This document shows positions 47,395 through 56,130 of a stretch of DNA of 64,000 bases, piece by piece. Numbering within the stretch: position 1 is the stretch's first letter; each line of letters starts with the position of its first letter. A program made the position numbers and the translations under genes. The DNA comes from Patescibacteria group bacterium UBA5147 (GTDB taxonomy: Bacteria; Patescibacteriota; Saccharimonadia; UBA4664), in contig DHXV01000001.1 in assembly GCA_002415345.1 (NCBI GenBank), forward strand, positions 484,111 to 548,110, written 5' to 3'. Below the pieces are notes generated by a model, which was not told where the DNA came from, made no database searches, and saw only the letters and a list, made by a program, of their open reading frames with translations.

Positions 47395-47835
47395 GTGCAG
47401 GTAAGGAATTCTCAATTCGAGAAATCTCTTCTCAACAAAATCGCCCGGGTCACAAACGGTCTCGAGCGCGAGGTGGAAATAGAGTTAAAGGTCAGCTTTT
47501 CGCTGACCTTTTCTCAATTCAGAGTGCTGGACGCTCTGGCCGCCACTGGTGAGGTGAGTCAAAAAGATCTGGCGACCCGCCTTGAGGTCACGCCGGCTGT
47601 GGTAACACGCCAGGCGGAAGTCTTGAGCGCCAAAGGGCTGCTGGTACAGCGCGCCAATCCCCGGAGCAAGCGCGAGAATGTCTTGGTGCTGACGCCCAAG
47701 GGGGAAGCGGCCGCTATGGACGCCGCCAAAGCCGTCCAGGAGTGTCAAACGCGCTTCCTGGCACCACTCAAGGTCCAGGATGAGACGGCGCTGGAGCGGG
47801 CCATGGAAACGCTCTCCCAGGCGCTGGATAGTTAG
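47395..47835 (+). CDS. MarR-family transcriptional regulator
   Basis: wHTH LTFSQFRVLDALAATGEVSQKDLATRLEVTPAVVTRQAEVLSAKGLL. GTG start. Confidence 0.8.
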   Translation: MQVRNSQFEKSLLNKIARVTNGLEREVEIELKVSFSLTFSQFRVLDALAATGEVSQKDLATRLEVTPAVVTRQAEVLSAKGLLVQRANPRSKRENVLVLTPKGEAAAMDAAKAVQECQTRFLAPLKVQDETALERAMETLSQALDS

Positions 47836-47840
47836 ACTAT

Positions 47841-47870
47841 AAAGACCGGGCATGGTTGCCCGGTCTTTTG
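47841..47870 (+). terminator. Intrinsic terminator after marR
   Basis: GACCGGGCA-tggt-TGCCCGGTC followed by TTTT. Confidence 0.7.
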
Positions 47871-47937
47871 TTGCCGAAACGCGCAATTTGAGGGTATGAT
47901 TGCGGGGTTAATCGTACCTTCTAGCTAGGAGCGTCGC

Positions 47938-48339
47938 ATGACTGGGAGTTCACAGCCTCAACGTACGTTTTGGAGAACCGAAAAGGTACTGGTATCCGGT
48001 CGCTACGACTCCTGGACCGAGGAGAAGCGGGAACAGGTACCCGAAGACCGGGCAAACGTCATCAGTTCTTTGACCGATGATGGCCGGCATATGCCCGTGT
48101 TGGATATCGATAGACCTGCTCGTTACGTGCCATCGAGCACCCCAGGGCACGGGCATCTCTATATCGACGTCCCTATGAGCTGGTGGCGCTACCGCATGCT
48201 CCTGCGTCAGCTCTACAAGGCGGGGATCATCGAAAAAGGCTTTTATGACCTGGCCCTTCGCCGTAAACAGACCTTCCTGCGCCGACCGGGCGTTACCAAG
48301 CAGAATGAAGCGGCGTTCCACAAGGCTTCGCACCTTTAG
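47938..48339 (+). CDS. Hypothetical protein (133 aa)
   Basis: AGGAG RBS 6 nt upstream. No recognisable motif. Confidence 0.4.
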   Translation: MTGSSQPQRTFWRTEKVLVSGRYDSWTEEKREQVPEDRANVISSLTDDGRHMPVLDIDRPARYVPSSTPGHGHLYIDVPMSWWRYRMLLRQLYKAGIIEKGFYDLALRRKQTFLRRPGVTKQNEAAFHKASHL

Positions 48340-48430
48340 GCGAGATAACTGCCATTATCTCGCCCTTTTCTTGTCCTAACCGCGCCCAAGATAAAGGCCC
48401 GCTACGCAATTGCTGCGTAGCGGGCCTTGT
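48339..48430. terminator. Two convergent terminator hairpins (48339-48372 and 48393-48430) between the hypothetical gene and the PBP gene
   Basis: GGCGAGATAA...TTATCTCGCC with CTTTTCTT. GGCCCGCTACGCA-attgc-TGCGTAGCGGGCC is a 13-bp stem. Confidence 0.65.
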
Positions 48431-48431
48431 G

Positions 48432-50588
48432 TCAGTCTGTGACTGTCGAAGTGGGTAAGGGAGTCTCCGAGGGTGGAGCTTGATTCCCTGGTTCCTGGGT
48501 GGGGGTAGTTTCAGGCGGCACCGTGGTCGGTTCCGCCGTTACGGTTGGGTCCGGGGTCGTAATCGTGTCCGGAGGCTGGTCCGGGGTCGGAGTGTCGGCC
48601 GGCGTCGTCGGCGCGGGGGGAGGTGGCGCCAACATATTGGTGCCGTTTGAACTCGGAGCGCTGAAATAGTGGACCGCTATGTTGCGATGGGCCACTTCCA
48701 TGAAATCGCGCCACATGATGGCGGCCGAGCTGCCACCGAATACCTGTCGCCCGCTCACCGTTAGGTTGCGGTTGTCCAGGTAGCCGGTCCAGGCTGCCGC
48801 CACGTAATCGGGCGTGTAACCGGCGAACCAGGCGTCAAACAGGGTGGTGCCGGTTTTGCCGGCCGCCGGCCGTCCGAAGTCGGCGCGGTTGGCCGTACCT
48901 GACGGGCTGTGAATGACCGACTGCATCACTTTGGTGAGCTGGGCAGTCGCTTCGGCATCCATGACCGGCGTTGTCTGAACCTGATGCTGGTACAGAACGG
49001 TACCGTCGGCTGCGGTGATGCTGCTGACGATGAAGCTTTCGGCATGGTTTCCGTTGTTAGCCCAAGTGCCGTAGGCCGAAGCCATCTGCAAGGGGGTAAT
49101 GGAACTGGTTCCCAGGGCCAGTTCCGGAACAGCGTCGAGATGAGGCGGCGCGTCACCGCTCATCAATTCAGCTGTACCGTAAAGAGTGTCGTCGATGCCC
49201 AGTTTATGAGCCAGATCGGCGACGCTCTGCGGGCTTACCGGGTCATTCGGGATAGGGAAGGTGTTGCTCGGGCTCCCGGGATCTGCCTGGGTACCGTTGA
49301 TGAGCTGCATGTGCCACGGGTTGTTGGACGTTGCCAGGGCGCGTGTCATATCCAGATAGCCGTGAGCCGTGCGGTCATCATTGTAGACCTTGGTCCCGCC
49401 GATGAGCGCGTAGGCCGGAGCCGGCAAGACGGCGTCGGTAGAAACGCCCTTGGAAATGGCGTCAGCTAACACGAACGGTTTCATGGCCGAGCCGACTTGC
49501 CTGGTGCCCTGAACGGCAATATCGAACTGCAGTTTGGCGTGGGACGTGGAGTTGGCCAAAGCCACCACGGCTCCGGTCTTGGGACTGATTACCGCCATGG
49601 CCGCAACCAGCTTGGGGCTGGAAAGGTTGGATACGAGTGACCGTTTGGCTGCCTGTTGGAGCTTCCAATTGATCGTGGTGTATATCCGGAACCCGCCCTG
49701 CGCCACGGCAGCTTCGCCCCTGGTTTTGACCAGGTATTGCCGGACGAGGTCGGTGATGTACGGTTCCAACGGCATTGAAGCCTTGGCTGCCGCTTTTTCC
49801 TTGATGAATCCCAGCGGCTGTTTGGCCACAAGGGCTGCTTCTTCGGGCGCGATGTTGCCGAGCTCTTGCATCGTGGCAAGAACGTGGGAGTTGCGCCGTC
49901 TGAGCAGATTGGGAGCGTACTTGGCCATGGCATAGTTGCAGGGCTGTTGCACCATGGCGGCCAACGTGGCCGCTTCCGCAACGGATAGCTTAGTTGCGCC
50001 GTGGCCGAAATAGGCCCGTGCGGCCGCATCTATTCCGTAGGCATTGCGGCAGAAGAACACCGTGTTCAGGTACAGGCCAAGGACTTGGTCCTTGGTGTAC
50101 TCTCTGTCCAGGTGTTGGGCCATGCCCATATCCTTGAATTTGCGGCCACCTGTCTGATCGAGCGTGAGCAGGGCGTTTTTGGCGTATTGCTGCTCCAAGG
50201 TTGAACCGCTAGCGAGCTGAAGGCTGCCATGGGTCAACGATTTCGCAATCGTAAGGAATGAACGGTACATCCCGGTATATGACACGCCGTTTTCAGCGTA
50301 AAAGTCCTTATCTTCCGAGGCGATGATGGCCTGCTTCATAACCATGGGTATTTCAGTTTTGGGATCCAGGTCATGGCGGTTTTCCGAAGCCGGAATCACA
50401 CCAATAACCGTTGTGCGGTCGCTGGCATACACGATGGAGTCTTGCGGATTCGGTGGTATGGGCGGCAGGGCAACGATACTCTGGGCAGCGTAGGCAAGGG
50501 CAGGCGGACCGGCCCCAACGACGATAACTCCGAGAACAATCATCCAGCCGACGAATTTTCGAAAACCATGTCTTTGTTGTACGCTCAC
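48432..50588 (-). CDS. Class A penicillin-binding protein (transglycosylase plus transpeptidase) with a Pro/Thr-rich C-terminal tail
   Basis: GGAGGTG RBS before the GTG start. GT51 motif ASEDKDFY and the TPase SxxK (SAMKPF). Confidence 0.85.
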   Translation of the reverse strand: MSVQQRHGFRKFVGWMIVLGVIVVGAGPPALAYAAQSIVALPPIPPNPQDSIVYASDRTTVIGVIPASENRHDLDPKTEIPMVMKQAIIASEDKDFYAENGVSYTGMYRSFLTIAKSLTHGSLQLASGSTLEQQYAKNALLTLDQTGGRKFKDMGMAQHLDREYTKDQVLGLYLNTVFFCRNAYGIDAAARAYFGHGATKLSVAEAATLAAMVQQPCNYAMAKYAPNLLRRRNSHVLATMQELGNIAPEEAALVAKQPLGFIKEKAAAKASMPLEPYITDLVRQYLVKTRGEAAVAQGGFRIYTTINWKLQQAAKRSLVSNLSSPKLVAAMAVISPKTGAVVALANSTSHAKLQFDIAVQGTRQVGSAMKPFVLADAISKGVSTDAVLPAPAYALIGGTKVYNDDRTAHGYLDMTRALATSNNPWHMQLINGTQADPGSPSNTFPIPNDPVSPQSVADLAHKLGIDDTLYGTAELMSGDAPPHLDAVPELALGTSSITPLQMASAYGTWANNGNHAESFIVSSITAADGTVLYQHQVQTTPVMDAEATAQLTKVMQSVIHSPSGTANRADFGRPAAGKTGTTLFDAWFAGYTPDYVAAAWTGYLDNRNLTVSGRQVFGGSSAAIMWRDFMEVAHRNIAVHYFSAPSSNGTNMLAPPPPAPTTPADTPTPDQPPDTITTPDPTVTAEPTTVPPETTPTQEPGNQAPPSETPLPTSTVTD

Positions 50589-50749
50589 GGCGCACCTCCA
50601 AGAGTAGGAATGTGAAAGAACGAAATATTCTACATCACGCTATCACTTTTGGCTGATTTTTCAAGCTTGAGCGGTATCGCTTGACCCCCTTAGTAGGCAG
50701 TTCATGTTCGTACCTTGTTCGGTTATGGTTAGCCTGATATACTATTGCT

Positions 50750-51817
50750 ATGGATATAACACTTCTCATTCTCGTGCTCGCAGCCGTTCTCATTGGGTTC
50801 GGGGTCATGGTTCTGTTGCTTAACAGGCAGCTCTCCAGCCTCAAAACCGGGATGAAGGACGATACGGCATTCGGCCTGATCAAGCAGGACCTGCAGGGGA
50901 TTCATCAAACCCTGAACGACCGCTTGGATAAAAATAGCACGAGCATGAATGAGGCCATGCAGCGTCAGTTCGCCGCTTCGAGCCGCCTCATCGGCGAAGT
51001 GACCCGTGACCTCACTGAGCTCAAAGAGAGCAATAAGCAGGTGTTGTCGATAACGGATGACCTGAAGCTGTTACAGAACACGCTTCAAAACCCGAAACAG
51101 CGAGGAGTGCTCGGCGAATATTTCCTGCAGAACGTCTTGGAGAACGTGTTGCCGCCTGACAGGTTCGAACTGCAGTATAAGTTTGCCGACGGCGACATCG
51201 TCGACGCTATCATTCGACTCGACCGGGGCTTGATCCTGCCGGTCGATTCCAAATTCAGCTTGGAAAACTATAACCGCCTCATGGATGAGAAGGATAAGAC
51301 CAGACAGGACGCCCTCATCAAGGCAATCAAGGTTGACCTCAAAGCCCGCATCGATGAAACCTCCAAATACATCCGCCCGGGCGAGGATACGATGGACTTC
51401 GCCTTTATGTTCATCCCCAGCGAGGCAATTTACTACGACCTGCTGATCAACAAGGTCGGTACGCTGCAATCGAACTCGCGCGACTTGATTGAGTACGCTT
51501 TCCGCGACAAACACGTCATTATCGTGAGCCCGACTTCGTTCATGGCATACCTCCAGACCGTAATGCAGGGGCTGCGCAGCCTGCAGATCGAAGAGAAGGC
51601 CAAGGACATTCAAAAGCGGGTGGGGGAGCTGGGGCGGCATATCACTGCCCATGAAATCTACATGCAGAAAATGGGGTCGTCGCTCGGTACGACGGTGAGC
51701 CACTATAACAACGCCCATAAATCGCTGGCCCATGTCGATAAGGATGTCGTGCGCATCGCCGATGTTTCGCCGGGAGTAGAGGCTATCTTGCTCGACAAAC
51801 CTACGGCCGAGGACTAA
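50750..51817 (+). CDS. rmuC: DNA recombination protein RmuC
   Basis: TATACT -10 box 6 nt before the ATG. N-terminal TM plus coiled coil, and the RmuC C-terminal domain. Confidence 0.85.
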   Translation: MDITLLILVLAAVLIGFGVMVLLLNRQLSSLKTGMKDDTAFGLIKQDLQGIHQTLNDRLDKNSTSMNEAMQRQFAASSRLIGEVTRDLTELKESNKQVLSITDDLKLLQNTLQNPKQRGVLGEYFLQNVLENVLPPDRFELQYKFADGDIVDAIIRLDRGLILPVDSKFSLENYNRLMDEKDKTRQDALIKAIKVDLKARIDETSKYIRPGEDTMDFAFMFIPSEAIYYDLLINKVGTLQSNSRDLIEYAFRDKHVIIVSPTSFMAYLQTVMQGLRSLQIEEKAKDIQKRVGELGRHITAHEIYMQKMGSSLGTTVSHYNNAHKSLAHVDKDVVRIADVSPGVEAILLDKPTAED

Positions 51818-52110
51818 GCTTGGGCGGTTGCCAGGGCAACGGCCGCAAGCAAAGGAATTATTATCGGCTGCGCCAGCTCGTAGGTTGGTGTCCGTCCTGT
51901 CGGCTGAACTAGTAAAAGACCTTCATCTCGGAGCACAATCAAATGCCGGTGAAGGTCTTGCTTTGATACCGCGATTACGGCGTTGAACTGCCCGGCGTGC
52001 ATGGGGCCGTTATCAGCGGCCAGCTGGAGTATTTCCAGGCGAACTGGGTGAGCCAGTGCTTTGAGGGTGGCGGCTAGGGTTTGGTGGTCGTTCAGCTGGG
52101 GATGTTTCAT
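51814..52110 (-). CDS. ArsR/SmtB-family transcriptional regulator
   Basis: LAHPVRLEILQLAADNGPMHAGQ...DLHRHLIVLRDEGLL wHTH. Confidence 0.75.
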   Translation of the reverse strand: MKHPQLNDHQTLAATLKALAHPVRLEILQLAADNGPMHAGQFNAVIAVSKQDLHRHLIVLRDEGLLLVQPTGRTPTYELAQPIIIPLLAAVALATAQA

Positions 52111-52401
52111 GGTGGTGGCTGGTCCTGGAGGTTCGTTAGGGGGTTTGGGTTGTTCTTCTAAGGGGGAATGGGTTTTTATTGTCTGGTGTGGGCCTCATCT
52201 ATTACGATGGGGTTGTGAAATCGGGTGGCTGGGCGCGCGAGTTGATGTGGTCGGCTGGCTCTGGGTGTCTGCATCTAAAGGGGAGTGTAGTCCTTTAAAT
52301 GTTCCAAGTAAACATTTTCGTTTACTTACGTAGTAGGCTTTTAAATGACAGTTTTATGGCTTCGTGGAGGCATAATAATTGATAAATTTGACTAATGCAT
52401 T

Positions 52402-52423
52402 TAGTAAACAAAAATGTTTACTA
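52402..52423. promoter_or_regulatory. Perfect 9-bp inverted repeat (candidate operator) in the 610-bp arsR-trpS intergenic region
   Basis: TAGTAAACA-aaaa-TGTTTACTA. Confidence 0.35.
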
Positions 52424-52723
52424 CCTAGTTTTAAACAACTAACCTGTTCCTTATTTAGTGGGTACATGAGGGCTACCTAAACTAGCAGATCACGTGTCAG
52501 CAAAGGAAGATGCCGCTCTATAAGCGAGCATAGGCCATTAATCGACGGAAAAAACAACTGGAGACGGTAACAATATAAGCTAAGTGTCAAATGGAAGGCA
52601 CCTAAGCTTAAGGGAAAGTTCAAAACCTCCTAACAATCATCTAAAGCCCCATATGCTACACTGAACACAAGAACTAAGCAGCAAAATTACTGCTAAAATA
52701 AACACCATGAAGAAAGGTCTGCA

Positions 52724-53716
52724 ATGAAACGAGTGCTCTCAGGCGTAAAGCCAACCGGTGATCTGACCCTAGGTAATTATATTGGCGCCATGAAGCGTTG
52801 GGCTACTATGAGCCGCCAGGAAGGCGTTGAGCACTTCTGGTTCGTACCAAACCTCCACGCCCTGACTATTCGCCCCAACCCCGCAGAGCTTAAGCACAAC
52901 ACGCGCAGCGCGGTCGCTTGGCTGATGGCCGCCGGCATTGACCCGGCAACGTCGTATATCTTTGTGCAGAGTCAGATTCCGGCGCACTCGGAGCTCACTT
53001 GGATCCTCAACAACTACGCTACCTTAGGGGAGCTGAACCGGATGACCACGTTCAAGGACAAGTCGTCCAAAATGGGGAGCGAGGGCCAACTCGTGGGTCT
53101 GTTCGATTACCCCGTGCTGATGGCGGCGGATATCCTGTTGTACGACGCGGACGAAGTACCGATTGGAGAAGACCAGAAACAGCATGTGGAACTTACGCGT
53201 GACATTGCGACCCGCTTTAACAACCTTCACGGTGAGACGTTCAGGGTACCCGAGCCAACGATTCAGGCTGCCGGCGCACGTATCATGGACTTGCAGGATC
53301 CGACGAAGAAGATGAGTAAGAGTGATGAGGATACCGGCGGTTGTATCCTCTTGAGTGACGAGCCGGCCGTGATTGTGAAAAAGATCATGCGGGCCGTTAC
53401 CGACAGCGGCAGTCAGATAAGCGGAGGCGCCGATAAGCCGGCGCTCAGCAACCTGCTGGTAATTTACTCGACGCTGTCCGGCAAGACGGTAGCTTCCATT
53501 GAGGAAGACTATGCCGGGCGTGGTTACGGCGAATTCAAGAAGGACCTTGCCAAGGTCGTAGCCGACGAGCTGGCTCCACTCCAGGCCAAGCACGCCCAGC
53601 TTATGAAACCGGGTAACGATAAGATCGACCAGGCTCTGGAGCACGGCTGGTGGAGGGCGAGCGAGCTCGCGAACGCCAAGCTGGCCCAAGTAAAGGAGTT
53701 GCTCGGGCTATTGTAA
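52724..53716 (+). CDS. trpS: Tryptophan--tRNA ligase
   Basis: VLSGVKPTGDLTLGNYIGA (HIGH-like TLGN) and KMSKS. Confidence 0.9.
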   Translation: MKRVLSGVKPTGDLTLGNYIGAMKRWATMSRQEGVEHFWFVPNLHALTIRPNPAELKHNTRSAVAWLMAAGIDPATSYIFVQSQIPAHSELTWILNNYATLGELNRMTTFKDKSSKMGSEGQLVGLFDYPVLMAADILLYDADEVPIGEDQKQHVELTRDIATRFNNLHGETFRVPEPTIQAAGARIMDLQDPTKKMSKSDEDTGGCILLSDEPAVIVKKIMRAVTDSGSQISGGADKPALSNLLVIYSTLSGKTVASIEEDYAGRGYGEFKKDLAKVVADELAPLQAKHAQLMKPGNDKIDQALEHGWWRASELANAKLAQVKELLGLL

Positions 53717-53737
53717 AAGCTCCTGAAACTGTGATGA

Positions 53738-53758
53738 AACCGCCTTCGGGCGGTTTTT
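53738..53758 (+). terminator. Intrinsic terminator after trpS
   Basis: AAACCGCCTTCGGGCGGTTTTT. Confidence 0.8.
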
Positions 53759-53973
53759 AGTTATCGGCTGGCTCAGGCAATAATTGACTTATATCAATAC
53801 CATCGTATAACCGAGCATATTGTAGCTTTTACAACGATAAACTTTGTGCATAACCGTTGATTTTATCACAACACCACGTCAATGTGAGCTGGTCGATGAT
53901 AGGGCAGTAGTACTCACATAATACCTTTGTAAAGGCAATAACAGCAATATCACAATCAGTTAACATAAGGGTA

Positions 53974-54002
53974 TTGACATATCAAAGCGCTTGTGCTAAA
54001 TT
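53974..54002 (+). promoter_or_regulatory. Sigma70-type promoter with no ORF for about 500 nt downstream
   Basis: TTGACA, a 17-nt spacer, TAAATT. Confidence 0.5.
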
Positions 54003-54008
54003 ATAGAC

Positions 54009-54523
54009 AGTTCACACAGACCGAAGTCCATTCACAACCCGACCACCGATTGACACCCCATAAAGCCGACAAGGTTAGACGGTAGGGCAAATCCCGGTTA
54101 GAAGTACCCCCTTACTATCTAACCTGGGTTCGCCCTACGGTCACCAGGAGCTCCAAGTAAGGTCCAAACTTGCTTGCCACGCCTGCTCCGCCATGAAGTT
54201 TCTGGAAGGCACTCGGCTACGACTTATGTCGTGGTCGGTTGCCTTCCAGAAATACGATTCTGGTAGGGAATGTCACATCAACTAAGAGCCTCAGGCTCAA
54301 TTCACCGAGCACAAGCCAACCTACGCCAGTCGCACCAAGCACCGGCCAAACCAAGGCCAAGCTCACACTCCCATCATATCTCTTACCTCTGGTAGGAAAT
54401 ATATACGGGGCGACAAGCGCCAATTTACATACATTGGGCGGGTTTGTTCGCCCCGTAACTCTTTGGAATTATTCCGTAGCCGCCACCGGCCGTCGCGAGA
54501 CGCCCCGCAGGCGGCTTTTTAAA
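54009..54523 (+). ncRNA. Candidate roughly 0.5-kb structured noncoding RNA or long leader upstream of the pheST operon (unclassified)
   Basis: Bounded by the promoter above and an intrinsic terminator at 54481-54523. Contains several long hairpins (for example ACGGGGCGACAA...TTGTTCGCCCCGT). Only short low-complexity ORFs overlap it. Confidence 0.3.
54481..54523 (+). terminator. Intrinsic terminator before the pheST operon
   Basis: GCCGCC...GGCGGC followed by TTTTT. Confidence 0.55.
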
Positions 54524-54589
54524 TTCTCCCGTTTGCCTGATATGTCGTATGAGTGGCATAATGGTGACAAGTAAGCGTGAGAAGTTTAA

Positions 54590-54964
54590 GTGACGACCAA
54601 GCGATATATTATAGCGCTGAGTGTGTGGGCCTCCGGTACGGGAGTGGCGCTTATTGCGTCGCTAATTTTTACCACTCCCGTGGCGATTGGGCCGGTGGGA
54701 GTGACGATTTGGTTCGTCGTCCTGTTAACTGAGGCTGCCGCGGCCGCTACCTTGGCATTATATGGCATCAAGACCTACCTGCACCTTCACGCCACGGAGG
54801 CGCTACGTCTGCGGTATTCATGGCGCCAGGGCTGGCTGATCGGCGGCTGGGCGGCCGGTCTGCTGGCGCTCAATTCGTTGCAGCAGCTTGGCATAAAAGA
54901 CGCTATCCTGCTAGGATTACTATTATCGATTGTTGAGGTGTATGTGAGGCTGCGATGGCCATGA
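54590..54964 (+). CDS. Small membrane protein (124 aa, 4 TM) translationally coupled to pheS
   Basis: GTG start. CATAAT -10 box about 30 nt upstream. Overlaps the pheS start by 10 nt. Confidence 0.45.
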   Translation: MTTKRYIIALSVWASGTGVALIASLIFTTPVAIGPVGVTIWFVVLLTEAAAAATLALYGIKTYLHLHATEALRLRYSWRQGWLIGGWAAGLLALNSLQQLGIKDAILLGLLLSIVEVYVRLRWP

Positions 54965-55983
54965 GTCAAACCGAATATGTCGCTCGTATCAAGGCCGCCA
55001 AGACTCTGGCGGAGCTTGAGGCTGTGCGCGTGGAATTGCTGGGCCGCCAAGGCGAGTTGACCAAGGAGCTCAAAAGCATCGGTTCGCTGCCGGCGGACGA
55101 GCGGGCAGGGAAGGGTGCCAGCCTGAACGCACTGCGAACTGTCATTGAGCAGGGTCTGACGGAGCGACAAAGGGCGCTGGCGGTCAGCGCGGCCAAGGAT
55201 GAATTATCGACGCCTCTGGATGTTACGGCACCTGGCGTGATACCGCCGCTGGGCCATCGTCATCCGGTCAGCATGGTGCTTGATGAGTTGGTCGAACTGT
55301 TCTGGCAAATGGGCTACCAGGTAGCCGACGGTCCGGAAGTCGAGACGGAATGGCATATTTTTGAAGCGCTCAATATCCCGGCTGATCATCCGGCTCGTGA
55401 CATGCAGGACACGTTCTATCTGGAAAACGGCCTGGTTCCGCGTACCCATACCTCGGGAATTCAGATCCGCCATATGTTGGAGAATCGCGACAACCTCCCG
55501 ATCCGCATTGTGGCACCCGGCAAAGTCTACCGTAATGAAGATGAGGATTCGCGCCATTCCTGGAGTTTCTATCAGATAGAAGGTCTGGTCGTTGACGAGG
55601 GGATCAGCCTGGGCGATCTCAAGGGGACGCTCGAGATTATGCTTCGGGGGCTGCTCGGCGAAGAAACCAAAATCCGCCTGCGGTCCAATTACTTTCCGTA
55701 TACCGAGCCGAGCGTGGAAATGGACGCGACCTGCGTAGTGTGCGGCGGGAGTGGCCAATTTGAAGCCAAAACCTGTCACTTGTGTGGCGGTACGGGTTGG
55801 TTGGAGCTCGGCGGAGCGGGAATGGTTCATCCGCAGGTCCTGCGCAATGTCGGAATAGATCCGGAGCGATACAGCGGATTTGCCTTTGGGTTTGGGCCCG
55901 AGCGGATTGCGGCAATTAAATACGGCGTTGATGACGTCCGTGAATTCTGGCGTCCGGATTTCAAATTTCTCGAGCAGTTTTAA
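54955..55983 (+). CDS. pheS: Phenylalanine--tRNA ligase alpha subunit
   Basis: Class II motifs and FPYTEPS...GWLELGGAGMVHP. Confidence 0.9.
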   Translation: MAMSQTEYVARIKAAKTLAELEAVRVELLGRQGELTKELKSIGSLPADERAGKGASLNALRTVIEQGLTERQRALAVSAAKDELSTPLDVTAPGVIPPLGHRHPVSMVLDELVELFWQMGYQVADGPEVETEWHIFEALNIPADHPARDMQDTFYLENGLVPRTHTSGIQIRHMLENRDNLPIRIVAPGKVYRNEDEDSRHSWSFYQIEGLVVDEGISLGDLKGTLEIMLRGLLGEETKIRLRSNYFPYTEPSVEMDATCVVCGGSGQFEAKTCHLCGGTGWLELGGAGMVHPQVLRNVGIDPERYSGFAFGFGPERIAAIKYGVDDVREFWRPDFKFLEQF

Positions 55984-56130
55984 AATGAAACATAGGAATG
56001 TTGTAGAAATAACACTTTTGCTCGATGGCGTCGAAGAGGCATGGACTTCTTCGAAGCCGCTAAGTATAGCAGGGGGTTGGATTAGTACGTTAGTCCCCGT
56101 TGGTCAGAGTTGGAATAAAGAGGTCTTATC

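Noticed and set aside
52330-52720. T-box riboswitch upstream of trpS (and similarly upstream of pheS, 53760-54590)
   Set aside because: No AAUUAGGGUGGNACCGCG T-box sequence or specifier/antiterminator arrangement was found on either strand.
54239-54574. 111-aa plus-strand ORF and overlapping 68-aa minus-strand ORF
   Set aside because: The products are low-complexity (Ser/Thr/Pro runs), lack an RBS or leaderless promoter, and lie inside a region better explained as a structured RNA or leader.
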